Shown here: piece after piece, positions 1-12,170 of the stretch | How positions within the stretch are numbered: position 1 is the stretch's first letter | Layout: each line of letters begins with the position of its first letter | NCBI RefSeq assembly: GCF_001194135.2 | Contig: NC_069007.1 | Span: 984,730 to 1,033,376 of the forward strand | Length of the DNA stretch: 48,647 bases | DNA from: Octopus bimaculoides | Lineage: Eukaryota | Direction: 5' to 3' | The notes under the pieces: model-generated | Databases searched by the model: none | What the model was told of the DNA's origin: nothing | The model's input: only the letters and a program-made list of their open reading frames with translations | Translations under genes and position numbers: made by a program

Positions 1-31
<31 letters not shown>

Positions 32-429
32 CATATGATGATATCTCCACAACATGTAATCGTTACCAATATAGCAAGAGATTTCTCCGCAAAAAAGTCT
101 AAAGTAGACTCCTTAAGGATCGTCCTCCTTGGTTATATATACAAAATTTTAAATTTAGAAGAGAGTTTTGACGCTGATATCCATTATTATTGAAACGTAT
201 TCCTATGTCAACATTTCTGTATATATATACATACATAATATTTGCGTGTGAGGTGGGAGTGTGTATGTACGCATGTATGAGTATATTTTGCCAAGCATAG
301 CTTTTGAGACGTGTCTTTCATCTCTCCCTCCTCCCCCTCTCTATCTATCTATCTATCTATCTAGCTGTCTATACACATACTGATGTTTATTCACAATTCC
401 CCATTATATTTGTTTCTTTATTACCCACA

Positions 430-630
430 GGGGGTGGCAGACCTAGAGAAGACAATCAAGAACAGACAACGGGATTAAGTCAATTACATCGACCTCAGTG
501 CGTAACCGGTACTATTTAATCGACCCCGAATTAATGAAAGGCAAATCGACCTCAGCGCAATTCGAACTCAGAACGTAACGTCAGACGAAATACCGTTAAG
601 CATTTCGCCCGACGTGCTAACGATTCTGCC
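430..630 (-). mobile_element. tRNA-derived SINE, family A (head GGCGGCGAGCTGGCAGAATCG-type)
   Basis: The minus strand has a tRNA-like head (A box TGGCAGAATCG, B box GAGTTCGAATTG), then GAGGTCGATTTGCCTTTCAT...GGGGTCGATTAAATAGTACC. It aligns by eye with the copies at 18420-19172. Confidence 0.85.
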
Positions 631-1081
631 ATCTCGTTGCCCTATTATATTTATTATCATCACTACCATAATCCATTCGTTATCTTTGCTCATTTTTTTC
701 CTCCTCCTCCATCTCTTTTTCGCCCTCTTCTCTGCATCACTGACCATCCCAATCCGACCATATCTTACTGAGACTCGCAATTTCTATCCATCCTTATGTC
801 TGGGATCATTTCCTTATCCGTCATTTAGTTCTTCATATCTAAACCAATTCTCTTTATTCCGAAAACTCTACTACACACTCGTGGTATTCAGCAATCACCA
901 TGGTCATAGCTTTACACACGGTAAAATTCGCCACAAATTCTTGACGTATATTTTTCCATACCAAATGGCGTTTCATTCCACCAGCTATTCTAAGAATCGT
1001 TCGATTAAGTAAAGAACAAATATGTCCCCTGAAGCTAATAGGATAGTTTTTCATAGCTGTGACGGAATTTTGTTCCTGCAG

Positions 1082-1157
1082 CTCCCCTAGACGTTATTTC
1101 GCCAGAAAACGATTTCCACATCTTTGCTGCCAGAAAACGTCATCCTTGCCATGAAAG
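1082..1157 (+). other. candidate short exon (unverified)
   Basis: Acceptor tttgttcctgcag and donor AAG|gtgact. One open frame (PLDVISPENDFHIFAARKRHPCHE). No recognisable homology. Confidence 0.15.
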
Positions 1158-1466
1158 GTGACTCCATTTTAGTATTTTAATATTTTCTTAGTAATCAGAA
1201 TATTTTTCTCCCAGTCAAGACTGCCATAATTTCTCGGCTCTCCTTTATTGGCGGACCAGTTCTAACGTTGACAAACCTTCGAATATGTCATATCTACAGA
1301 CAAGCCGTATACTTTGGATATTCTTTTATTAATACAACTTGATTTCCTTATATAATATCATTCATGCGTGGTTTTTACTATAAGTTATTATATAACACAG
1401 CTTGATATCACAATATGTCGTTCGAACTATTGTATACAGTATATATTATTAAACATATATGCGAGC

Positions 1467-1507
<41 letters not shown>

Positions 1508-1550
1508 TTCCTGTGTCCGTTTTGAGTATTATATATGCCCGTGTGAATGC

Positions 1551-1586
<36 letters not shown>

Positions 1587-1648
1587 ATATATATATATAA
1601 ATCTATGTGTATGCATATGTATCTCTCTCTCTCTCTCTCTCTCTCTCA

Positions 1649-1722
<74 letters not shown>

Positions 1723-2702
1723 TTTCTGCGTGAAATACAAGTCGTAATACTGTCGAGAGTCTGCTAAAGCTTTCGATGGTTAAGTACGGCAACGTACTAC
1801 ACCACTCTACTAAACAATGTCGATGGGTATGTATCCTGTGAGTCAGTTATATGATTGTAAGAATCATGATATAATATATAGCATGACATTGATGTGTGTT
1901 GGATTTGTAATGTAGTATAATATAAATTATGTTGGAAAAATTGCAATGAAGATTTCCAGTATATTGTATGGATATTAAATAGACGGCTTGTAGAGCATTG
2001 TGTTTTAGTTCCGTTCCAACTTCCAATGAAGATCTGTGTGAGAGACTTGTCAATATGTCTGCATTTTAAAATAGCTTTCACTGCATATTTAAACGAATAA
2101 TTTGAGATCTTAAGATTAATTAAAATTAAAAAGTCTTTCGCCAAGATTAAATATCCTTTCGCCAAAAGTCTCAGTATGTTTAGCTCATCACAGTTTGATA
2201 AATCGCAAACGCTGTCAAAATCGTTAATTCTCTCATCTTTCAGTTTTCATGTAGATTCTGAAAGGTCGTTGATATTCTTGTCCTCGTTTCGGAATGATAA
2301 ACTCTAGTCTTGCTTCGTGGGTCTTCAAACTTTTCGCATTCCTAGCTGTATAATGATATTCATATAATAAAAATCGGGCTTGCTTTAGCAGAATATAGGC
2401 GTCTTTCCAATCGGTGATTTATATAATGAGGCTAAAGGGTGTTATTCCATCATTTTTGTTTCTGAACCATATATTATCTGCCTGATTATCAATGGGTTAT
2501 TTAGATAAACTATTTTTCACGTTGGGTGTACGGCTCTTGTTATTATTCATTGTATTATGCTTCAATGACTTCACGTATCTGTGGCCAATATGTGTACCCA
2601 AGATGGCTAAACAATTTTGTTGTATTACTTTTGACATTTAGAAGCAAATTGAGACAAATCGTTCTATTCTTCTTCTTCGTGTCTTCTCTGTGATTGTTTC
2701 AG

Positions 2703-2728
2703 CAAGTTGTCCAAGGATTGATACTGAT
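2703..2728 (+). other. candidate 26-nt microexon
   Basis: A pyrimidine tract of about 35 nt ends tgattgtttcag at 2702, followed by CAAGTTGTCCAAGGATTGATACTGAT and a consensus donor gtaagt at 2729. Two frames are open (QVVQGLIL or SCPRIDTD). Confidence 0.35.
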
Positions 2729-4358
2729 GTAAGTCTCATCTTTGTCTTTCTTTTTCTTTGGCGTCATTATTGTAATAAGAGGTATTTTGTGGAATATGTT
2801 TTTGTTTGACAATAAGAACATACGGTGATCCTTCGATAGGGTGTTACGGAAAAAGCCGATCTTTGGTAAAGATTGCTGAAGACACTTTTTACGGAAAAGG
2901 CCAATATTTCGGACTTGTATCGAAAGATCACCCAATTAACATTTACTTCAGCAGTTATTTCTGGGTAAATGTTGCGGTATACTTAGGAAGTGTTTCAAGC
3001 GGGATATATAAATCATATTTATTAGAAATTAGTATTATTTACTACTAAAATAAGATCCTTCTAAAACATAGTTCCATGTATCAGTTTGTGTGTGTTTTTC
3101 TGTGTCTATTTATCTTTCAATCTAGCAACCTAGCATTCTGCTTCTCTGCATATCTAACTTCTCTGTCTGTCTGTCTATCTTATAGACTTTCTGTCTGACT
3201 GTCGGTCTGCCTTCTATCCATCGAAAAAAAAAAGTGTACTGAGAAATGAAATCAAGTGTTAATGGAAACTGAGAACGATTTCACAATCACCATTTGTTGT
3301 TTTCCCGCTTCCGAACGTGGGACAAAAATTGAAACAATGGGAAACATTAGAGAAACAATCGAAGGCAAGCAAACTATTACAGAAAATCGATATCGAACAC
3401 TGATATGGCGCAGCTTATTCACAGTTCTGCTAATAAAGGATCTTTTAGGGCGATCCATATAAATGGGAAAATGGATATAAACATGTCAGGAATATTAGAT
3501 AAATTCATTTTGCGTCGACAAAGACAGAAGAGAAAGGAGAAGAGAAGACGTGTGTCTGTGCCTTTATGGAAAGCAAAAAGCGCATATACACAAACACCTT
3601 CACACACAAATAAACACACCCATGCACGCAAATATGTGTGCGTGCGTGTGCGATTGCGTGTACGTGTGTTTGTGCGAGCGTGCGTGGGTGTATGTGTATG
3701 GCATTGTCTGCCTTTGTTTGGAGCACATCTTTTACTAAGTTAAATGTCTGCGAGACTCGTGAATAGCACTGTCCTATCGACCCTTTTATACGCAAATGAC
3801 ACGTAGACTGGGACGAAACGGACAGAACATCTATTGTCTACGGTACAAGGGGCCATGGAAAGATCCATACTAGGAATATCATTAAGGGAACTGTTACGAT
3901 CTGGTGGGCATAACCCGAATTTACACAACCAACAAGGATGGGATGAACCCAAAACAACACACCATGACGTTTTTTGTAAAATATTGACAGTTAAGTTCCA
4001 GCAAAAAAAAAAAACCCAAAAAACAGCCTACATACAAAAATATATACGAACAAAAATAAATTAATGCTACACTAGACACGCAGTCAAAATCTAGGTTGCT
4101 TTAAATTCGCTTAAAACTGCTTCATACCTACATGCTGAATAACCATTAAAAAATTTACAGGTAGTTGTTTAATTCCAAAGAATTGGCTACAAGAAAAAAT
4201 TTAAATTCCTACACCCTTCAGCTATTTATACAAATTTTAACGTTTAACTTAACAGAAAATAGCTAGCAAAATTACAACACAACCTTCCACAAATGCAGGG
4301 TTCAAAATTCATATAAATATTATAACATAATATAACTTAAGAGAATTTTTGTACTCAC

Positions 4359-4530
4359 CCAGATGTGACACAGAAATTATTTTAAAACTGACAAGCAAAA
4401 AGTTCTGGCGAATTCCTGACGCATAAGGTAAATCCATAAATGCCTAACACAAAACATATTAACTAAACAAGCCATCATGGCTTCCAGAATCCAATTGAAC
4501 AACTTTGTCTCACAGAAAAAAAAAACTGGG
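4359..4530 (-). other. candidate first or 5-prime exon of a minus-strand transcript
   Basis: Consensus donor TGG|gtgagt at 4358. Inr-like CCAGTT at 4527 and TATA-like TTTATAAG at 4555-4548 on the minus strand. The frame MDLPYASGIRQNFLLVSFKIISVSHL is open to the donor. Confidence 0.25.
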
Positions 4531-4711
4531 CGATACAATTATCTCTGCTTATAAAGGTTTGCTATGGTCGAGCCTATTTGTTATAATTTCACAGTTTTGG
4601 CTTTAACACCTACCTCCCTTCATTTTGACAATGGATTTCATCCTGACCTTACAATGCAGTATGAAAAAAAACTGTGTTCACCCGTTTAATTTAACATTAT
4701 ACGTTAAACGT

Positions 4712-5069
4712 GGAGGCGCAATGGCCCAGTGGTTAGGGCAGCGGACTTGCGGTCATAGGATCGCGGTTTCTATTCCCAGATCGGGCGTTGTGAGTGTTTA
4801 TTTAGCGAAAACACCTAAGGTTCCACGAGGCTCCGGCAGGGGAAGATGGCGAAGCCTGCTGTACTCTTTGACCACAACTTTCTCTCACTCTTACTTCCTG
4901 TTTCTGTTGTGGGTCAGCTGTGTCACGCTGAATATCCCCGAGAACTACGTTAAGGGTAAACGTGTGTGTGAAGTGCTCAGCCAGGTTAATTTCACGAGCA
5001 GGCTGTTCCGTTGATCGAATCAACTGGAACACTCGACGTCGTAAGCAACGGAGTGCAAAAAAAAAAAAA
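4712..5069 (+). mobile_element. full-length tRNA-derived SINE (family C) with poly(A) tail and 13-bp TSD
   Basis: A box TGGCCCAGTGG at 4722-4732, B-box-like GGTTTCTATTCC at 4765-4776, and an A tail at 5057-5070. A perfect direct repeat ATACGTTAAACGT lies at 4699-4711 and 5070-5082. Confidence 0.95.
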
Positions 5070-5104
5070 ATACGTTAAACGTTTTTATCGTTTTCACAAT
5101 TTCT

Positions 5105-5365
5105 TAACAGAGCACATTGGAAATGCGAAAATCTTTTAAAGGAGTGGAGTGAACGATGGAATCGCAGAACACCGAATATAGAAGTTTCGCTGGGCCGGGC
5201 ATGTCGCAAGGTTTAGAGACAACAATTACTGTGGGATAATCAAGAGATAGAAGATGGTCAGTTGGAAGACCTCCACGACGGTAGGAAGACGATTTAGTTA
5301 AGCAATTTCGGTCAAGATTGAAAAGAACAAAGCAATCAAGAAAGAATTGAAAGAATTGGGAGACC
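5105..5365 (+). mobile_element. RTE-clade LINE, 3-prime end of ORF, degraded
   Basis: Translates with breaks to KFRWAGHVARFRDN and RWSVGRPPRR*EDDLVK, the typical RTE C-terminal RWAGH and KRxxGRPxxRW motifs. Confidence 0.8.
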
Positions 5366-5366
5366 A

Positions 5367-5870
5367 TTGAAAGAACCAACCAGAAGTTTCATTATCTTCA
5401 TGCGCTCAGGAGAGCAGATCCGTTTCAAGAAAAATAAAATTTCTGTGTGCAATGAAATGTGGAACAGCTATTGGGAGGGTGCCGCAGATTTACTAAGGTT
5501 CCAAGAATTCTTTCCCGTCCCTGTTACGAGAAAACCGGATATTATAATGTGGTGTGAAAGAAAGTGGTGAAACAAGTCGAGTTAATGGTTCCTCGTGATG
5601 ATAACACGGACGCCGCTCGCGCTCAGAAGACTGACCGTTATGTAAACCTTCAGGAATGTGAAGACGAAGACTGGAAAGCGCAGCATTTTCCAATCGAAGT
5701 CGGATATAGAGGGTTTGTTGGACACAATGTGAGACGACTGATGTTATCGTTAGGCCAAACTCATCGTAGAGTAAATACCACCATGACTGATATCCAAACT
5801 ACAGTGGAAGAGGATAGCCACTGCATTTTGGTTAAGAGACGATGAGCGATGGCTAGAAGAATGTTGAGCT
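5367..5870 (+). mobile_element. HERO-type (R2 group) non-LTR retrotransposon, restriction-like endonuclease 3-prime fragment, frameshifted
   Basis: FMRSGE...W..AADL...VTRKPDIIMW, a frameshift near 5565, then VELMVPRDDN...QKTDRY...EC..EDWKAQHFPIEVGYRGFVG...SHCILVKRR*. This matches the RPD/ELTVP/KxxKY/PxEVGxRGF pattern of HERO RLE domains. Confidence 0.85.
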
Positions 5871-6139
5871 TTATTTGATAACCAGTTGATCTAGCAAGTG
5901 GGGTCTCATATCAGTGAGGTGTGTTTTTTTTTTGGGGGGGGGGGGNNNNNNNNNNTGAGGTGTGTTTTTTTTGGGGGGGGGGGGCGTGCGCAATGATGCC
6001 GTCGAGAGGTAGGCCCGAAAACGGCGTGCATTCTTCCATGATGACTCCATACATTTGCTAGCTTTCTTATGGTAACACTTTCGTCTGCAATTTGTTTGCA
6101 AAACGTCCACACACACACACACATATTCATACATATATA

Positions 6140-6370
6140 AATTAGTGTACATTTAAACACAAAAGAGGCACACCATTAACAGGTTGCCTTACATACTAGA
6201 AAGAACAGTCAAACAGTGCAAACCACAGTTAAGAGCAATTCCGAAGGAAATGAAAAATAGAAACATTTGCCATGCTCTTAACTATCGTTTGGACTTGTTG
6301 ACTGTTCTTTCTAGCATGTTAAGCAACCTGTTAATGGCTTGCCTCTTTTGTGTATAAATGTACACTAATT
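6140..6370. repeat. long inverted repeat / foldback (MITE-like)
   Basis: Arm 6140-6237 and the reverse complement of 6273-6370 align without gaps at 87 of 98 positions (hand count), around a 35-nt spacer. Confidence 0.95.
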
Positions 6371-6465
6371 TTCATATGAAAAGTATGGCTATTAACTTTG
6401 TATACATACTGGGCCACTGGTAGAAGAATAAAAAATCTATAATTTTTTCCTACCCTATATTAATT

Positions 6466-6503
<38 letters not shown>

Positions 6504-7821
6504 GTGAGTGTGTGTTTGTGAATGTATGTATATATATGTGTTTGTGTGCTATATGTGTGTGTATGTATATATACAGATATATCTATTGAACATAGATTGA
6601 AACATGTATACGTACACACATGCAAACATACTTTCACACTATGTTGCATAGAGGGACGTATACAACATATACGCATACATGTGCATGTATGTGTATATGC
6701 ACTTTAATGCAATGCACTGCTCTTATGCTAATCACGCTCGTATATAACCTCATAATTAAAAATATAATACTTGCGCCGCCATATTCGTTCAACCGTTGAC
6801 ATTTCCACTAATTATAATTTGTCATCAACAAGTAGTCGTACGCCAATCTAAGCATACAATGCCCAACCCAACCTTTTCATTTTAATGTTCCTTCGTGTTT
6901 TTTTTTTCTTTTTGGCTGTTACTGAATCAGTGATATCCTCCCACCGTCGTTCCCGACCCCATCTTACCACTCACGTCAACAATGATAATTCTTCCGCCGG
7001 GAATGCATAATCCATGTTATAGCATTCCCTTTTATTATACAAAGAATCACGGTTTTTCTTTCTAAAGAAAACTCTTTTGTATTCATTCATGAATGTCGTC
7101 ATATCCGTCTTCGAGCAGACGACGTCATTTTAATTACTCTGTTCAGTATTAATTGGCCTAATTAACCAGTCTTACAGCAATGCATTATTATACGAAAAGA
7201 GACACCCATTGTATTTCTATGAACATATTATACACACGTCTTTTGTGTCGGACATGTGTTTGTGTCTTACTAGGTACACAGATCTAGTTTATGGTATAAT
7301 AACTTCTCGCTATCGGTCGCTGGGCCTTGTCGATTTACTAATTCACCAGTCTTTCTTCTTTCTTTCTCTCCTTTTCTCCTTTTTCTCCCATTTTTTGCTT
7401 TTGATAGAAGCCTGGCGACGTTCTGACATCGTTCCTGTGATGCTTTGTCTACTATTTATGCAGCCTGCGACATTTCATTTGCATAACGAGGAAAAGTGTA
7501 TATATTCGGAGCTTTGCCATGGATCGTTGTATTTTTGGCGGGACGCTGATGAGATATATATCTAAGATTGCATAACGTTTCTCCTTGTTATGTAATTATT
7601 TCGGCATCTTCATGACACACGTGTATGTCCGACAAAACTTTGAATTCCACATATGTTTTTTCTTTATTATTTCTTCCAACTATACATTTGCCTCTTAATG
7701 GTTTGCATCATTTGACTGCGGTCATACTGGGGCACCGTCTTGAAAGATTTTCGTCGAACAAATCGATTCCAGAAATTATTTTTTCAAGCCTTGTACTTTT
7801 TGTCTCTGTCTCTTATCTCAA

Positions 7822-7900
7822 ACCGCTAAGTTACGGGGGCGTAAATACACCAACACCGGTGGTCAATCAATGGTGGGTGGACAAACACAAAGACGCATAC
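7822..7900 (-). mobile_element. SINE family B internal or 3-prime fragment
   Basis: The reverse complement reads GTCTTTGTGTTTGTCCACCCACC...ACCGGTGTTGGTGTATTTACGCCCCCGTAACTTAGCGG, the same module as 47094-47170. Confidence 0.7.
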
Positions 7901-7924
7901 ACAGATTAACACACACGCACACAC

Positions 7925-8060
7925 AGTTTGGCTTCAAAATTTGTCACAAGTTTAGCAATTGGAGGTGGTAGGTATAAGTCGATTACAACGACCCCTGTGG
8001 TCAACTGGTATTTATTTTATCAACCCTGAAACGATGAAAGGCAAAAATCGACCATGACGA
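7925..8060 (-). mobile_element. SINE family A fragment
   Basis: AAGTCGATTACAACGACCCC...CAACTGGTATTTTATTTTATCAACCCTGAAACGATGAAAGGCAAA matches the other family A copies. Confidence 0.7.
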
Positions 8061-8384
8061 AATTTTCCCTTAAGACTAGTTCTCAGACAGACTTAAGGCG
8101 GATCCTGAAGTCAACACTTTAAACTTTTAGATGATTTGTTGGTAAAATAAAGAAGTTGAATTGAACCAGTGCGTGTGTTTATTCAAATTTTTATTGGCAA
8201 AAGATTTCTTTCAACAAACGAATTTACATCAAACGTCTTACAAATCAAATACAGAAACGATGGATGTTTGCAATAATTACAACATACATGCATACATATG
8301 TGTTCCTGTGTGTGTTTGTGCGCGTGCGTGAATGCTTGTGTATACGTATGTGTGTATGGACAATATAGTCCATGACATACATAC

Positions 8385-8433
8385 CAGGACAAGACGGACA
8401 CTACTGGAAGGCATTTGGCCAACAACACAATAG
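8385..8433 (-). other. candidate 49-nt exon
   Basis: On the minus strand: branch-like CCTAAC, then tctatttccacag, a 49-nt exon and CTG|gtatgt. Two frames are open (IVLLAKCLPVVSVLS or YCVVGQMPSSSVRLVL). It lies in unique sequence between microsatellites. Confidence 0.4.
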
Positions 8434-8592
8434 CTGTGGAAATAGAGTTAGGCACGGATCCTCATACACACTATAGATCTGCCTTCAGACTAGCACACTT
8501 AAGATCACACAGACACACACACACACACACAGACACACACACACACACACAGATATATATATATATATATAGATAGATATATATATATAGAT

Positions 8593-8623
<31 letters not shown>

Positions 8624-9675
8624 TAGATAGAAACATATACAGATATAGAAAGATAGATAGATAGGCAGGCAAACAGACAGACAGACAGACAGATAGGTAG
8701 GTAGATAGGGAAATATCTTATGGACACGCAAAATCAAACGCGTCTATCTATCTTCTCTATCTATTCGTCTATCTATATATCTATTTGTCTGTCTCTGTGT
8801 CTGTCTATCTATCTATCTATCTAGCCTGCTCCTCCCCTCCCCCGCCATGGTGATACACTGAAAAACACACATACTGCGTGTGTGCACGTAAGATTCTTCG
8901 ATCTATTTGTGGTTATGTATGTGTGTTTTGTGGTACACTGGAAACAATGGACTCAAGAAAATCCAGCGCAAATCAACAGTCTGTGTTATTTGCACTTTTA
9001 TCATTATGTACAGCTATACACGTTCATATATGCCTGTATATATGTGTGTTTCTGTGTGTATATGTGTATCCGTGTGTATTTGTATGGGTGTAGTTATCTT
9101 ATATTGAATATTAATAATCAGAAAAGTTGTATGGAAACCTGTTCAAAATCGTATCATATAATTAACATTGAAATATATGAATTAATGATTTTAAAATTAA
9201 GTTCAGAAATTCTTAAATGAAGATAACAATGATAATAATTTAATAATAATAATGATAACAATAATAATAATAATAATAATAATTTTATTGTGATAAAGAT
9301 TATTGAGAAGGTTATTCAAAATTTTTTTTTCAACGCTTGCGAGGGTGTTAAACAGTGTTGAGGGGGGGGGGAAGAAATAATGCAAATGATTGGAGAGGAA
9401 AATAAGGAAATGTGACAGAAATATATGAAGCTACATTATTTATAATAGCGAAAATACTCTCAAATTAATGCAAATTATAATGAAATTCATAATTACCAGA
9501 GAAAATTATTCAAATTCAAAGAAATGCAAGACTACACACAGACACTCATATGTATGTAATATATATNNNNNNNNNNNNNNNNNNNNNNNNNNNNNNNNNN
9601 NNNNNNNNNNNNNNNNNNNNNNNNNNNNNNNNNNNNNNNNNNNNNNNNNNNNNNNNNNNNNNNNNNNNNNNNNNN

Positions 9676-9740
<65 letters not shown>

Positions 9741-10270
9741 GTGTGTGTATACATATATATAGAGAGAGATAGATCGATAGGACACGTGAAATGTGTTAAG
9801 GCCGACAGGAAACAGTTCTTCCTAGGCCTAAATAGCAGTAGGATTATTCCCTTTCATGTGACTGTCACTTTAAGTTGACAACTTACCACCACGATATATA
9901 TATATACACACATACATAATACATACATGCAATACATATATATGTGTGTGTGTGTGTGTGTGTATGTATATGTATCCATTCATTGGCTATGAGAGAGATT
10001 TTCTTGGAGGCATGAAATTGTTTCTCTAGATTTTATCATTTGGAAAGACTTTGTGTCAGTCGTTCAATGTTCAATCAATATAAACATTCATTTAAGCAAT
10101 GAGTGGCAAGTTTCCTATTGTCTAAAGATGTTAATTCAAAACTGCTTATGTTTTCATTAGAACTTGTGTCTGTTCATTAGTTCATCATTGATTGGGAATT
10201 CGGAAGATTCTCTGCACAATTGTACCAGTTATTGCGTGTCTCTGCAACCGTGTGGCTAGCAAGCATCATG

Positions 10271-10349
<79 letters not shown>

Positions 10350-10727
10350 GCACATACATACATGTATACACAAAACATAAATGTACATACTCAACTATAT
10401 AGTCTAAAGGGAACAATGAGAGGCACGCATGCGCCGTAGATATTTCCAATATAAATTGATGTAACACACACATTCTCACGCATACAGATACAAACATATA
10501 AACATAAGCATAAACACCCTTGCATGCATATATATCGAAAATCAAACATATATACACACACACACATATATATATATATTCACACATATATGTATATAAA
10601 TGCATTTGAGTACATATATACAGCTACAGACACACGCTCAGACACGTTAACACGCAAATAAATATACATATCTCAATGCACATATACAGCCACACAGACA
10701 TATGCTTATAAATACAAATATTTCTGC

Positions 10728-10793
10728 CAGTGACTTCGAAGTTTCATCCAACGTAGAACGACAGATCAGCTGGCCGAAACTTCGGAGTCACTG
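10728..10793. repeat. 18-bp hairpin with hammerhead-like half sites
   Basis: CAGTGACTTCGAAGTTTC (10728-10745) and GAAACTTCGGAGTCACTG (10776-10793) are inverted at 17 of 18 positions, with a 30-nt loop. Confidence 0.85.
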
Positions 10794-11295
10794 TTGGTTA
10801 AGAATAATAAATTTGCAATCTACATAATTATAAAATAGACCTTCAGATTAATATCGTATTTCAATGATAACTGATCGCATAAACGGCATTAGGACATGTA
10901 TGTATATATATACACACACGGTAATATACACAGGCTCAATGTATTGACACATTAAGTGTGACATATCCACATATATATACCTAAAAGCACTTAGACAGAG
11001 CCACCATCGAGCACGAGTTTATAATTCTTCTTACAGCTATTGTTTTCCTTCTTCTTTCATTAACCGCTCCCCCCCTCTCTCTCTCCTTTTCTCACTTTCA
11101 TTCAGAGAGACGCACATAGAGACACATAATTTACTCATTAATTTTGTTGATCCTTCTGCTAATTAATAAACTTGAAAATTCCCTCACGATTTCAGCACCG
11201 AGTGTTGTTGGTCTCCTCGTTCCACTGAACTACTTACTTGTTTACATGGCCGACCCTTTAGTAATTATGTCGATGTTTGATAGACACCGAAGTAT

Positions 11296-11330
<35 letters not shown>

Positions 11331-11699
11331 NNNNNNNNNNNNNNNNNNNNNNNNNNNNNNNNNNNNNNNNNNNNNNNNNNNNNNNNNNNNNNNNNNNNNN
11401 NNNNNNNNNNNNNNNNNNNNNNNNNNNNNNNNNNNNNNNNNNNNNNNNNNNNNNNNNNNNNNNNNNNNNNNNNNNNNNNNNNNNNNNNNNNNNNNATATA
11501 TATATATATATATATATATATACACGCGTGAGCACACACACTCACTCACTCACACAGGCACACACACACACATGTATACGGAAAGAGTGAATGAGTGATA
11601 GTTAACTAGCTAGCGTGACGGATTTATAGATAGATAGATAGATGGATAGATAGATGGATGGATGGATGTTAGGTAGTGTAGAAGAGAATATGTAACTGA

Positions 11700-11800
11700 C
11701 CCTTGTGTTTGACAAAATGACCCCGAAAAGATGAAAAGTGTTGAATTGACTTCGTTAGGTTTCGATCTCATAACACGGAGATCTCGAACAAAGCAACAAA
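11700..11800 (-). mobile_element. old SINE family A relic
   Basis: TGACCCCGAAAAGATGAAAAG...GACTTCG...TTTCGATCTC is a diverged version of the family A core. Confidence 0.5.
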
Positions 11801-12136
11801 GCTTGCTTTCCGACCTTCCTATGATTTTACCAACTCGACGATTTTAACACACACACACACACACACACAATCATGCGAATCGCATACAAACGTACGCATA
11901 CATACAGACAGACGCATTCAGACAAACGCATACATACACATATACATGCACATACACGAACACAAATACGGCTGCGCGTGCGTGCAAGCAGGGAGACATT
12001 GGCCTAGGTAGATACACACACGCAAACACGTCCCCCACTCTATTACAGGTATATACGTTGCATAAATATCTTCGACGAAAGAGGCAATCTTGAAAATTGC
12101 CTTCAGCAGATTTCTTACGTATGGTACACTACGCAT

Positions 12137-12170
<34 letters not shown>

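Noticed and set aside
30-2400. Faint RTE-like APE and RT motifs on the minus strand (30-220, 790-1010, 1800-2400)
   Set aside because: Similarity needs several frameshifts and no full motif is intact, so it cannot be supported without a profile search.
3252-3458. Minus ORF MDRPKRSF... with a hydrophobic stretch
   Set aside because: 68 aa with no good donor and no recognisable family.
5916-5984. Direct duplication TGAGGTGTGT-poly(T)-poly(G) on both sides of a 10-N gap
   Set aside because: Most likely an unmerged contig overlap at homopolymers, not a biological repeat.
6999-7029. Small hairpin GGGAATGC-ATAA...TTAT-A-GCATTCCC
   Set aside because: A 12-bp interrupted stem is within chance expectation and has no known motif.
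7546-7570. CTGATGAG followed by a GATATATATC hairpin
   Set aside because: Followed by TAAG instead of GAAA, with no helix I or III, so it is not a hammerhead.
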